Assembly: GCF_009914755.1 (NCBI RefSeq)
Contig: NC_060933.1
Direction: 5' to 3' (one strand)
DNA from: the human T2T-CHM13v2.0 reference genome, Homo sapiens
DNA: 64,000 nucleotides
Position numbers and translations under genes: made by a program. Shown here piece after piece: positions 1-12,679 of this stretch. Under the pieces are notes generated by a model that worked only from the letters and a program-made list of their open reading frames with translations, was not told where the DNA came from and searched no databases. Within the stretch, counting starts at the first letter, position 1. Each line of letters starts with the position of its first letter.

Positions 1-2035
1 TTGCATTCCATTCCATTCCATTCCCCTGTACTCGGGTTGATTCCATTCCATTCCATTCCAATCCATGCCATTCCACTCGTGTTGATTCCATTCTTTCCAT
101 TCCATTCAAGTTGAATCCATTCCATTGCATTCCATTCCATTCGATTCCATTCGACTGCACTCGGGTTGATTCCATTCCATTGCATTCCATTCCATTCTAT
201 TCCATTCCATTCCATTCCATTCCATTCGGATTGATTCTATTCAATTCCCTTACACTGCATTACATTCCATTCCATTCGGGTAGTTTCCATTCAATTCCAT
301 TCCATTCCTCTCCATTCCGTTGCACTCGGGTTGATTCCATTCCATTGCATTCCATTCCATTCCATTCAATTCCATTCCGTTCCATTCCATTCCATTACAT
401 TCGGATTGATTCTATTCAACTCCCTTACTCTCCATTACATTCCATTCCATTCGGGTTGTTCCATTCCATTCCATTCCATTCCACTCCATTCCATTGCACT
501 CGGGTTGATTCCATTCCATTCCATTCCATTCCATTCCGGAAGATTCCATTCCATTGCATTCCATTCCATTCCATTCCCCTGCACTCGCGTTGATTCCATT
601 CCATTCCATTCTATTCCATTCCATTCCCTTCCTTTCCGTTCCATTCCATTCCATTCCATTCCATTCCATTCCATTCCGTTCCGTTCCATTCCATTCCATT
701 CCATTCCATTCTATTCGGGTTAATTCCATTCCATTCCATTCGATTGCAATCGAGTTGATTCCATTCCATTCCATTCCATTCCATTCCATTCCATTCAATT
801 CCATTCCTTTCCATTCCATTACGGATGATTCCATTCCATTGCATTCCATTCCATTCCATTCCCCTGTACTCGGGTTGATTCCATTCCATTCCATTCCAAT
901 CCATGCCATTCAACTCGTGTTGATTCCATTCTTTCCATTCCATTCAAGTTGAATCCATTCCATTGCATTCTTTTCCATTCGATTCCATTCGATTGCACTC
1001 GGGTTGATTCCATTCCATTGCATTCCATTCCATTCCAATCCATTCCATTCCATTCCATTCCATTCCGTTCAATTCCATTCCATTCCATTCCATTCCATTC
1101 CATTCCATTCCGTTTTATTCCATTCCATTACATTCGGATTGATTCTATTCAATTCCCTTACACTCCATTACATTCCATTCCATTCGGGTAGTTTCCATTC
1201 CATTACATTCCATTCCTCTCCATTCCATTGAACTCGGGTTGATTCCATTCCATTGCATTCCATTCCATTCCATTCAATTCCATTCCGTTCCATTCCATTC
1301 CATTACATTCGGATTGATTCTATTCAACTCCCTTACTCTCCATTACATTCCATTCCATTCGGGTTGTTCCATTCCATTCCATTCCATTCCACTCCATTCC
1401 ATTGCACTCGGGTTTATTCCATTCCATTCCATTCCATTCCGTTCCATTCCGGAAGATTCCATTCCATTTCATTCCATTCCATTCCATTCCCCTGCACTCG
1501 CTTTGATTCCATTCCATTCCATTCCATTCCATTTCATTGCATTCCTTTCCGTTCCATTCCATTCCATTCCATTCCATTCCGTTCCGTTCCGTTCCGTTCC
1601 ATTCCATTCCATTCCATTCTATTCGGGTTAATTCCATTCCATTCCATTCGATTGCAATCGAGTTGATTCCATTCCATTCCATTCCATTCCATTCCATTCC
1701 ATTCCTTTCCATTTCATTACGGATGATTCCATTCCATTGCATTCCATTCCATTCCATTCCCCTGTACTCGGGTTGATTCCATTCCATTCCATTCCAATTC
1801 ATGCCATTCCACTCGTGTTGATTCCATTCTTTCCATTCCATTCAAGTTGAATCCATTCCATTGCATTCCATTCCATTCCATTCCCCTGCAGTCGGGTTGA
1901 TTCCATTCCATTCCATTCCATTCCATTCCATTCAATTCCATTCCATTACAATTCGTTCCATTCCATTCTATTCCGTAGCATTCCGTTCCATTCCATACCA
2001 TTCCATTCCATTCCATTCCATTCCATTCCATTCCA
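1..2035 (-). repeat. Variant domain A (left flank) with ~0.84-0.90 kb tandem unit
   Basis: cccctgtactcgggttg...atgcc...ctttccattccattcaagttgaatcc recurs at 23, 861 and 1759. Carries A markers (caactcccttactctcc, ccggaagattcc, gcactcgcgttg). Confidence 0.8.
533..1460 (-). promoter_or_regulatory. Two canonical heat-shock-element matches in left domain A
   Basis: attccggaagattcc at 533-547 and 1446-1460 (reverse complement of GGAATCTTCCGGAAT). Confidence 0.5.
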
Positions 2036-3276
2036 TTCCATGCCATTGCACTCGGGTTGATTCCATTCCTTTCCATTCCATTCGAATTGAACCCATTCCA
2101 TTCCCTTCCATTCCATTCCATTCCATTCCATTGCTCACGGGTTCATTCCATTCCATTCCATTCCATTCCATTCCATTTCGTTCCATTCCATTCTACTCCG
2201 TACCATTCCATTCCATTCCATTCCCTTCCATGCCTTTTCACTCGGGTTTATTCCATTCCTTTCCATTCCATTCGGGTTGAATCCATTCCATTCCATTCCA
2301 TTCCATTCCATTCCATTGCGCTCGGGTTGATTCCATCCCATTCTATGCCATTCCATTTCATTCCGTTCCATTCCATTCCATATCTTTCCATTCCTTTCCT
2401 TTCAATTCCATTCCATTACATTCGGATTGATTCTTTTTAATTCCCTTACACTCCATTACATTCCATTCCATTCGGGTACTTTCCATTCCATTCCATTCCA
2501 TTCCACTGCATTCTATTGCACTCGGGTTGATTGATTCCTTTAGATTGCATTCCATTCCATTCCATTCCCCTGCACTCGGGTTGATCCCATTCCATTGCAT
2601 TCCATTCCATTCCGTTCCATTCCATTCCATTCCATTCTGTTCAGGTTAATTCCATTGCATTCCATTCCATTCCATTCCATTCCATTCCATACCATTGCAA
2701 TCTAGTTGATTCCATTGCATTCCACTCCATTCCATTCCATTCCATTCCATTGCATTCCATTCCATTCCATTCCATTCCCCTGCACTCAGATTGATTCCAT
2801 TCCATCCCATTCCATTCCATTCCGTTCCATTACATTCCATTCCATTCTATTCGCGTTAATTCCATTCCATTCCATTCCATTACATTCCATTGCAATCGAG
2901 TTGATTCCATTCCATTCCGTTCCATTCCATTCCATTCCATTCCATTTCGTTCCATTCCATTCTATTCTGTACAATTCCACTCCATTCCATTCCATTCCAT
3001 TCCATTCCATTCCATTCCATTCCATGCCATTCCACTCGGGTTGATTCCATTGCTTTCCATTCCATTTGGGTTGAATCCAATCCATTCCATTCCATTCCAT
3101 TCCATTCCATTCCATTCCATTCCATTCCATTGCACTAGGTTTGATTCCATTCCGTTGCATTCCATTCCATTCCATTCCGTTCCATTCCATTCCATTACAT
3201 TCGGATTGATTGTATTCAATTCCCTTACACTACATTACATTCCATTCCATTCGGGTTGTTTCCATTCCATTCCATT

Positions 3277-3280
3277 CCGT
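3277..3280. other. Satellite strand-switch (inversion) breakpoint 1
   Basis: tccattccattCCGTgtgcaatggaat. CC(GT) can be read either as the end of a CATTC/CGTTC pentamer or as the start of the aacCCGTgtgcaatgg motif (intact copy at 5666). No inserted foreign sequence. Confidence 0.93.
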
Positions 3281-6200
3281 GTGCAATGGAATGGAATGGA
3301 ATGGAATGGAATGGAATGGGTTCAACTAGAATGGAATGGAAAGGAATGGAATCAACCCGAGTGGAATGGCATGGAATGGAATGGAATGGAATGGAATGGA
3401 AAGCAATGGAATGAAATGGAATGGAAGGGAATGGATTGAAATGGAATGGAATGGAATGGAATCAACCCGAGTGCAATGTAATGGAATTGAATGGAATGGA
3501 ATGGAATGCAATGGAATGAATTCAACCCGAATGGAATGGAAAGGAATGGAATAAACCCGAGTGGAATGGCATGGAATGGAGTGGAATGGAATGGAATGGA
3601 ATACTACGGAAGAGAATGGAATGGAACGAAATGGAATTGAATGGAATGGAATGGAATGGAATGGAATGAACACGTGAGCAATTGAATGGAATCGAATGGA
3701 ATAGAATGGAATGGAATGGATTCAACTCGAATGGAATGGAAAGGAATGGAATTAACCCGAGTGGAATGGCATGGAATGGAATGGAATGGAATGGAACGGA
3801 ATGGAATGGAATCAACTCGATTGCAAAGGAATGTAATGGAATGGAATGGAACGGAATTAACGCAATTAGAATGGAATGGAAAGGAATGGAACGGAATGGA
3901 ATGGAAAGAAATGGAATGGAATCAATCTGAGTGCAGGGGAATGCAATGGAATGGAATGCAATGGAATGGAATGGAATGGAATGCAATGGAATCACCTCGA
4001 TTGCAATGGGATGGAATGGAATGGAATGGAATGGAAGGGAATGGAATGGAATGGAATTAACCTGAACAGAATGGAATGGAATGGAATGGAATGGAATGGA
4101 ATGCAATGGAATGGAATCAATCAACCAGAGTGCAATAGAATGCAGTGGAATGGAATGGAATGGAATTGTATGGAATGGAATGGAATGGAATGGAATGAAA
4201 TGGAATGGCAGGGAATGGAATGGAATCAACCCGAGTGCAAAGGAATGGAATGGAAAGGAATGGAATGGAATGGAATGGAATGGATTCAACCCGAATGGAA
4301 TGGAAAGGAATGGAATAAACCTGAGTGGAATCGCATGGAATGGAATGGAATGGAATGGAATGGAATGGTACGGAATAGAATGGAATGGAAAGTAATGGAA
4401 TGGAATGGAATGGAATGGAATGGAATCAACCTGAGTGCAATGGAATGGAGTGGAATGGAATGTAATGGAATGGAAACAACCCGAATGGAATGGAATGTAA
4501 TGGAGTGTAAGGGAATTGAATACAATCAATCCGAATGTAATGGAATGGAATGGAACGGAATGGAATGGAATGGAATGCAGTGGAATGGAATCAAACCTAA
4601 TGCAATGGAATGGAATGGAATGGAATGGAATGAAATGGAATGGAATAGAATGGAATGGAATGGAATGGATTGGATCCAACCCAAATGGAATGGAAAGCAA
4701 TGGAATCAACCCGAGTGGAATGGCATGGAATGGAATGGAATGGAATGGAATGGAATGGAATGGTACAGAATAGAATGGAATGGAATGAAATGGAATGGAA
4801 TGGAATGGAATGGAACGGAATGGAATGGAATCAACTCGATTGCAATGGAATGTAATGGAATGGAATGGAATGGAATTAACGCGAATAGAATGGAATGGAA
4901 TGTAATGGAACGGAATGGAATGGAATGGGATGGAATGGAATCAATCTGAGTTCAGGGGAATGGAATGGAATGGAATGCAATGGAATGGAATGGAATGGAA
5001 TGGAATGCAATGGAATCAACTAGATTGCAATGGGATGGAATGGAATGGAATGGAATGGAAGGGAATGTAATGGAATGGAATTAACCTGAACAGAATGGAA
5101 TGGAATGGAATGGAACGGAATGGAAGGGAATGGAAGGGAATGGAATTAAGCTGAAGAGAATGGAATTGAATGGAATGGAACGGAATGGAATGGAATGGAA
5201 TGGAATGGAATGCAATGGAATGGGATCAACCCGAGTGCCGGGGAATGGAATGGAATGGAATGCAATGGAATGGAATCAATCAACCCGAGTGCAATAGAAT
5301 GCAGTGGAATGGAATGGAATGGAATGGAAAGTACCCGAATGGAAAGGAATGTAATGGAGTGTAAGGGAATTAAAAAGAATCAATCCGAATGTAATGGAAT
5401 GGAAGGGAACGGAATGGAATGGAATGGAATGGAATGGAATGGAATGAAATGGAATGGCATGGAATGGAATGGAATCAACCTGAGTTCAATGGAATGGAAT
5501 GGAATGGAATGGAATGGATTCAACCCGAATGGAATGGAAAGGAATGGAATAAACCCGAGTGAAATGGCATGGAAGGGAATGGAATGGAATGGAATGGTAA
5601 GGAATAGAATGGAATGGAACGAAATGGAATGGAATGGAATGGAATGGAATGGAATGGAATGGAATGAACCCGTGTGCAATGGAATGGAATGGAATGAAAT
5701 GGAATGGAATGGAATGGAATGGAATGGAATGGAATGGAATGGAATGGGTTCAACTAGAATGGAATGGAAAGGAATGGAATCAACCCGAGTGGAATGGCAT
5801 GGAATGGAATGGAAAGGAATGGAATGGAATGGAATGGAATGGAATGGAATGAAATGGAATGGAAGGGAATGGATTGAAATGGAATGGAATGGAATGGAAT
5901 CAACCCGAGTGCAATGTAATGGAATTGAATGGAATGGAATGGAATGGAATGGAATGAATTCAACCCGGATGGAATGGAAAGGAATGGAATAAACCCGACT
6001 GGAATGGCATGGAATGGATTGGAATGGAATGGAATGGAATACTACGGAAGAGAATGGAATGGAACGAAATGGAATGGAATGGAATGGAATGGAATGGAAT
6101 GAACACGTGAGCAATGGAATGGAATCGAATGGAATGGAATGGAATGGAATGGATTCAACTCGAATGGAATGGAAAGGAATGGAATCAACCCGAGTGGAAT

Positions 6201-6820
6201 GGCATGGAATGGAATGGAATGGAATGGAATGGAACGGAATGGAATGGAATCAACTCGATTGCAAAGGAATGTAATGGAATGGAATGGAACGGAATTAACG
6301 CAAATAGAATGGAATGGAAAGGAATGGAAAGGAATGGAATGGAAAGGAATGGAATGGAATCAATCTGAGTGCAGGGGAATGGAATGGAATGGAGTGCAAT
6401 GGAATGGAATGGAATGGAATGCAATGGAATCACCTCGATTGCAATGGGATGGAATGGAATGGAATGGAATGGAAGGGAATGGAATGGAATGGAATTAACC
6501 TGAACAGAATGGAATGGAATGGTATGGAATGGAATGGAATGGAATGGAATGGAATGCAATGGAATGGAATCAATTAACGCGAGTGCAATAGAATGCAGTG
6601 GAATGGAATGGAATGGAATGGAAAGTACCCGAATGGAATGGAATGGAATGGAGTGTAAGGGAATTAAAAAGAATCAATCCGAATGTAATGGAATGGAATT
6701 GAAAGGAAAGGAATGGAATGGAATGGAATGGAATGGAATGAAATGGAATGGCATAGAATGGAATGGAATCAACCCGAGCGCAATGGAATGGAATGGAATG
6801 GAATGGAATGGAATGGAATG

Positions 6821-7225
6821 GATTCAACCCGAATGGAATGGAAAGGAATGGAATAAACCCGAGTGAAATGGCATGGAAGGGAATGGAATGGAATGGAATG
6901 GTACGGAGTAGAATGGAATGGAACGAAATGGAATGGAATGGAATGGAATGGAATGGAATGAACCCGTGAGCAATGGAATGGAATGGAATGGAATGGAATG
7001 GAATGGAATGGAATGGAATGGATTCAACCCGAATGGAATGGAAAGGAATGGAATAAACCCGAGTGAAATGGCATGGAAGGGAATGGAATGGAATGGAATG
7101 GTACGGAGTAGAATGGAATGGAACGAAATGGCATGGAATGGAATGGAATGGAATGGAATGGAATGAACCCGTGAGCAATGGAATGGAATGGAATGGAATG
7201 GAATGGAATGGAATGAAATGGAATG
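6821..7225 (+). repeat. 200-bp tandem duplication
   Basis: gattcaacccga...gagtgaaatggcatggaagg...gtacggagtaga...aacccgtgagcaa starts at 6821 and again at 7021. Confidence 0.88.
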
Positions 7226-9560
7226 GGTTCAATTCGAATGGAATGGAAAGGAATGGAATCAACCCGAGTGCAATGGCATGGAATGGAATGGAATGGAATG
7301 GAATGGAATGGAATGGAATGGATTCAACCCAAATGGAATGGAAAGGAATGGAATAAACCCGAGTGGAATGGCATGGAATGGAGTGGAATGGAATGGAATG
7401 GAATGGAATGGAATGGAATGGAATGGAATTAACCCTAATAGAATGGAATGGAATGGAATGGAATGGAATAGAAGGGAATGGAATGGAATGGAATGGAATG
7501 GAATTAACCCGAATAGAATGGAATGGAATGGAATGGAATGGAATGGAATGGAATGGAATGGAATCAACTCGATTTCAATGGAATGGAATGGAATGGAATG
7601 GAATGGAAGGGAATGGAATGGAATGGAATGAAATTAACCCGAATAGAATGGAATGGAATGGAATGGAATGGAATGGAATGGAATAGAATGTAATCCAACC
7701 GAGTGCAGGGGAATGGAATGGAATGGAATGCAATGGAATGGAATCATACGGAATGGAATGGAATGGAATGGAATGCAATGGAATGGAATGGAATCAACCC
7801 GATTGCAATGGAATGAAGTGGAATGGAATGGAATGGAATGGAAACAACCCGAATGGAATGGAATGGAAAGGAATCGAATGGAATCAACCTGAGTGCAGTG
7901 GAATGGAATGGAATGGAATGCAATGGAATGTAATGGATTGGAATGCAATGGAATCAACCCGAGTGCAATGTAATGGAATCGAATGGAATGGAATGGAATG
8001 GAATGGATTCAACCCGAATGGAATGGAAAGGAATGGAATAAACCCGAGTGGAATGGCATGGAGTGGAGTGGAATGGAATGGAATGGAATAGAATGGAATG
8101 GTACGGAATAGAATGGAATGGAACGAAATGGAATGGAATGGAATGGAATGGAATGGAATCAAACCGAGTGCAGGGGAATGGAATGGAATTGAAGGCAATG
8201 GAATGGAATCATCCGGAATTGAATGGAATGGAATGGAATCAACTCGATTGCAATGGAATGGAATGGAATGGCATGGAATGGAATGGAATGGAATGCAATG
8301 CAATGGAATGCAATGGAATGGAATGGAATTAACCGGAATAGAATGGAATGGAATGGAATGGAAGTAAATGGAATGGAAGGTAATGAACCCGAGTGCAGGG
8401 GAATGGAATGGAATGGAATGCAATGGAATGGAGTCATCCGGAATGGAACGGAAAGGAATGGAATGGAACCAACCCGTGTGCAATGGAATTGAAAGGAATG
8501 GAATGGAATGGAATGGAATGGAATGGATTCAACCCGAATGGAATGGAAAGGAAGGGAATCAACCCAAGTGGAATGGCATGGAATGGAATGGATTGGAATG
8601 GAATGGAATGGAATGCTACCGAATAGAATGGAATGGAACGAAATGGAGTAGAATGGAATGGAATGGAATGCAATCAACCCGAGTGCAATGGAATGGACTG
8701 GAATGGATTGGAATGGAATGGAAACAACCTGAATGGAATGGAATGAAATGGAGTGTAAGGGAATTGAATACAATCAAACCGAATGTAATGGAATGGAATG
8801 GAACGGAATGGAATGGAATGGAATGGAATGGAATGCAGTGGAATGGAATCAAACCTAGTGCAATGGAATGGAATGGAATAGAATGGAATGGAATGGAATG
8901 GAATGGAATCAATTCGATTGCAATGGAATGGAATGGAATGGAATGGAATGGAATGGGTTCAACTCGAATGGAATGGAAAGGAATGGAATCAACCCGAGTG
9001 GAATGGCATGGAATGGAATGCAATGGAATGGAATGGAATGGAATGGAATGCAATGGAATGGAATGGAATTCAATGGAATCAACCCGAGTGCTATGTAATG
9101 GAATTGAATGGAATGGAATGGAATGGAATGGAATGGAATGGATTCAACCCGAATGGAATGGAAAGGAATGGAATAAACCCGAGTGGAATGGCATGGAACG
9201 GAGTGGAATGGAATGGAATGGAATGGAATGGAATGGAATGGAATGGTACGGAATAGAATGGAATGGAACGAAATGGAATGTAATGGAATGGAATGGAATG
9301 GAATGGAATGAACCCGTATGCAATGGAATGGAATGGAAAGGAATGGAATGGAATGGAATGAACCCGTGTGCAATGGAATGGAATCGAATGGAATGGAATG
9401 GAATGGAATGGATTCAAGTCGAATGGAATGGAAAGGAATGGAATCAACCCGAGTGGAATGGCATGGAATGGAATGGAATGAAATGGAATGGAATGGAATG
9501 GAATGGTACGGAATAGAACGGAATGAAACGAAATGGAATGGAATGGAATGGAATGGAATG

Positions 9561-9945
9561 GAAAGGAATGGAATGGAATCAACCCGAGTGCAGGTGAATG
9601 GAATGGAATGGAAGGCAATGGAATGCAATCATCCGGAATTGAATGGAATGGAATGGAATGGAATGGAATCAACTCGATTGCAATGGAATGTAATGGAATG
9701 GAATGGAATGGAATTAACCCTAATAGAATGGAATGGAATGGAATGGAATGGAATGGAATGGAAAGGAATGGAATGGAATCAACCCGAGTGCAGGTGAATG
9801 GAATGGAATGGAAGGCAATGGAATGCAATCATCCGGAATTGAATGGAATGGAATGGAATGGAATGGAATGGAATCAACTCGATTGCAATGGAATGTAATG
9901 GAATGGAATGGAATGGAATTAACCCTAATAGAATGGAATGGAATG
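9561..9945 (+). repeat. 200-bp tandem duplication
   Basis: Private variants caggtgaatg and gaatgcaatcatccgg at 9591/9791 and 9621/9821. Confidence 0.9.
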
Positions 9946-12679
9946 GAATGGAAGGGAATGGAATGGAATGGAATGGAATGGAATTAACCGGAATAGAATG
10001 CAATGGAATGGAATGGAATGGAAAGGAATGGAATGGAATGAAATGGAATCAACTCGATTTCAATGGAATGGAATGGAATGGAATGGAATGGAATGGAATG
10101 AAATTAACCCGAATAGAATGGAATGGAATGGAATGGAATGGAATGGAATGGAATGGAATAGAGTGGAATGGAATGGAATGGAATAGAATGGAATCCACCC
10201 GAGTGCAGGGGAATGGAATGGAATGGAATGCATTGGAATGGAATCATACGGAATGGAATGGAATGGAATGGAATGGAATGGAATCAACCCGATTGCAATG
10301 GAATGGAGTGGAATGGAATGGAATGGAATGGAAACAACCCGAATGGAATGGAATGGAATGGAATGGAGTGTAAGGGAATTGAATAGAATCAATACGAATG
10401 TAATGGAATGGAATGGAACGGAATGGAATGCAATGGAATGGAATGGAATCCAATGGAATGGGTTCAACCCGAGTGCAATGGAATGGAATCGAAAGTAATG
10501 GAATGGAATGGAATGGATTCAACACGAATGGAATGGAAAGGAATGGAATCAACCCGAGTGGAATGGAATTTAATGGAATGGAATGGAATGGAATGCAGTG
10601 AAATGGAATCAAACCTAGTGCAATGGAATGGAATGGAATGGAATGGAATGGAATGGAATGGATTAAATTCAACCCAAATGGAATGGAAAGCAATGGAATC
10701 AACCCGAGTGGAATGGCATGGAATGGAATGGAATGGAATGGAATGGAAAGGTACGGAATAGAATGGAATGGAACGAAATGGAATGGAATGGGATGGAATG
10801 GAATGGAATGGAATGGAATGGAATAGAATGGAATCCACCCGATTACAGGGGAATGGAATGGAATGGAATGCAAAGGAATGGAATGGAATGGATTCAACCC
10901 GAATGGAATGGAAAGGAAAGGAATAATCCCGAGTGAAATGGCATGGAAGGGAATGGAATGGAATGGAATCGTACGGAGTAGAATGGAATGGAACGAAATG
11001 GAATGGAATGGAATGGAATGGAATGGAATGGAATGAACCCGTGAGCAATGGAATGGAATGGAATGGAATGGAATGGAATGGAATTTGTTCAACTCGAATG
11101 GAATGGAAAGGAATGGAATCAACCCGAGTGGAATGGCATGGAATGGAATGGAATGGAATGGAATGGAATGGAATGGAATGGATTCAACCCGAATGGAATG
11201 GAAAGGAATGGAATAAACCCGAGTGGAATGGCGTGGAACGGAGTGGAATGGAATGGAATGGAAGGGAATGGTACGGAATAGAATGGAATGGAACGAAATG
11301 GAATGGAATGGAACGGAATGGAATGGAATGGAATGGAATGGAATGAACCCGTGTGCAATTGAATGGAATCGAATGGAATGGAATGCAATGGAATGGATTC
11401 AACTAGAATGGAATGGAAAGGAATGGAATCAACCCGAGTGGAATGGCATGGTATGGAATGGAATGGAATGGAATGGAATGGAATGGAAAGGTACGGAATA
11501 GAATGGAATGGAACGAAATGGAATGGAATGGAATGGAATGAATGGAATGGAATGGAATAGAATGGAATCCACCCGATTGCAGGGGAATGGAATGGAACGG
11601 AATGCAATGGAATGGAATGGAATGGATTCAACCCGAATGGAATGGAAAGGAATGTAATAAACCTGAGTGGAATGGCATGGAATGGAATGGAATGGAATGG
11701 AATGGTACGGAATAGAATGGAATGGAACGAAATGGAATGGAATGGAATGGAATGGAATGGAATCAACCTGAGTGCAATGGAATGGAGTGGAATGGAATGA
11801 AATGGAAAGGAAACAACCCGAATGGAATGGAATGTAATGGAGTGTAAGGGAATTGAATACAATCAATCCGAATGTAATGGAATGGAATGGAACGGAATGG
11901 AATGGAATGGAATGCCGTGGAATGTAATCAAACCTAGTGCAATGGAATGGAATGGAATGGAATGGAATGGAATGGAATGGAATGGAATGGAATGGAATGG
12001 ATTGGATTCAACCCAAATGGAATGGAAAGCAATGGAATCAACCCGAGTGGAATGGCATGGAATGGAATGGAATGGAATGGAATTGAATGGAATGGTACAG
12101 AATAAAATGGAATGGAACGAAATGGAATGGAATGGAATGGAATGGAACGGAATGGAATAGAATGGGATGGAATGGAATCAATCTGAGTGCAGGTGAATGG
12201 AATGGAATGGAATGCAATGGAATGGAATGGAATGGAATGGAATGCAATGGAATCAACTAGATTGCAATGGGATGGAATGCAATGGAATGGAATGGAAGGG
12301 AATGGAATGGAATGGAATTAACCTGAACAGAATGGAATGGAATGGAATGGAACGGAATGGAAGGGAATGGAATGGAATGGAATTAACCTGAACAGAATGG
12401 AATGGAATGGAATGGAACGGAATGGAATGGAATGGAATGGAATGGAATGGAATGCAATGAAATGGGATCAACCCGAGTGCAGGGGAATGGAATGGAATGG
12501 AATGCAATGGAATGGAATCAATGAACCCGAGTGCAATAGAATGCAGTGGAATGGAATGGAATGGAATGGAAAGTACCCGAATGGAATAGAATGGAATGGA
12601 GTGTAAGGGAATTAAAAAGAATCAATCCGAATGTAATGGAATGGAATGGAACGGAATGGAATGGAATGGAATTGAATGG

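Larger units (their letters stand above)
1..3278 (-). repeat. HSat3 block 1, CATTC on + strand (G-rich strand on minus)
   Basis: (CATTC)n with ACTCGGGTTGATT motifs up to ...tccattccattcc at 3278. Confidence 0.97.

Noticed and set aside
3041-3439. Chimeric ORF switching from IPFHS to MEWNG (also 61046-61510)
   Set aside because: It simply reads across the strand-switch junction. It is useful as a breakpoint marker but is not a gene.
6361-6390. gtgcaggggaatgg motifs as G-quadruplexes
   Set aside because: These are isolated G4 runs surrounded by GG dinucleotides, with no four closely spaced G3+ tracts.
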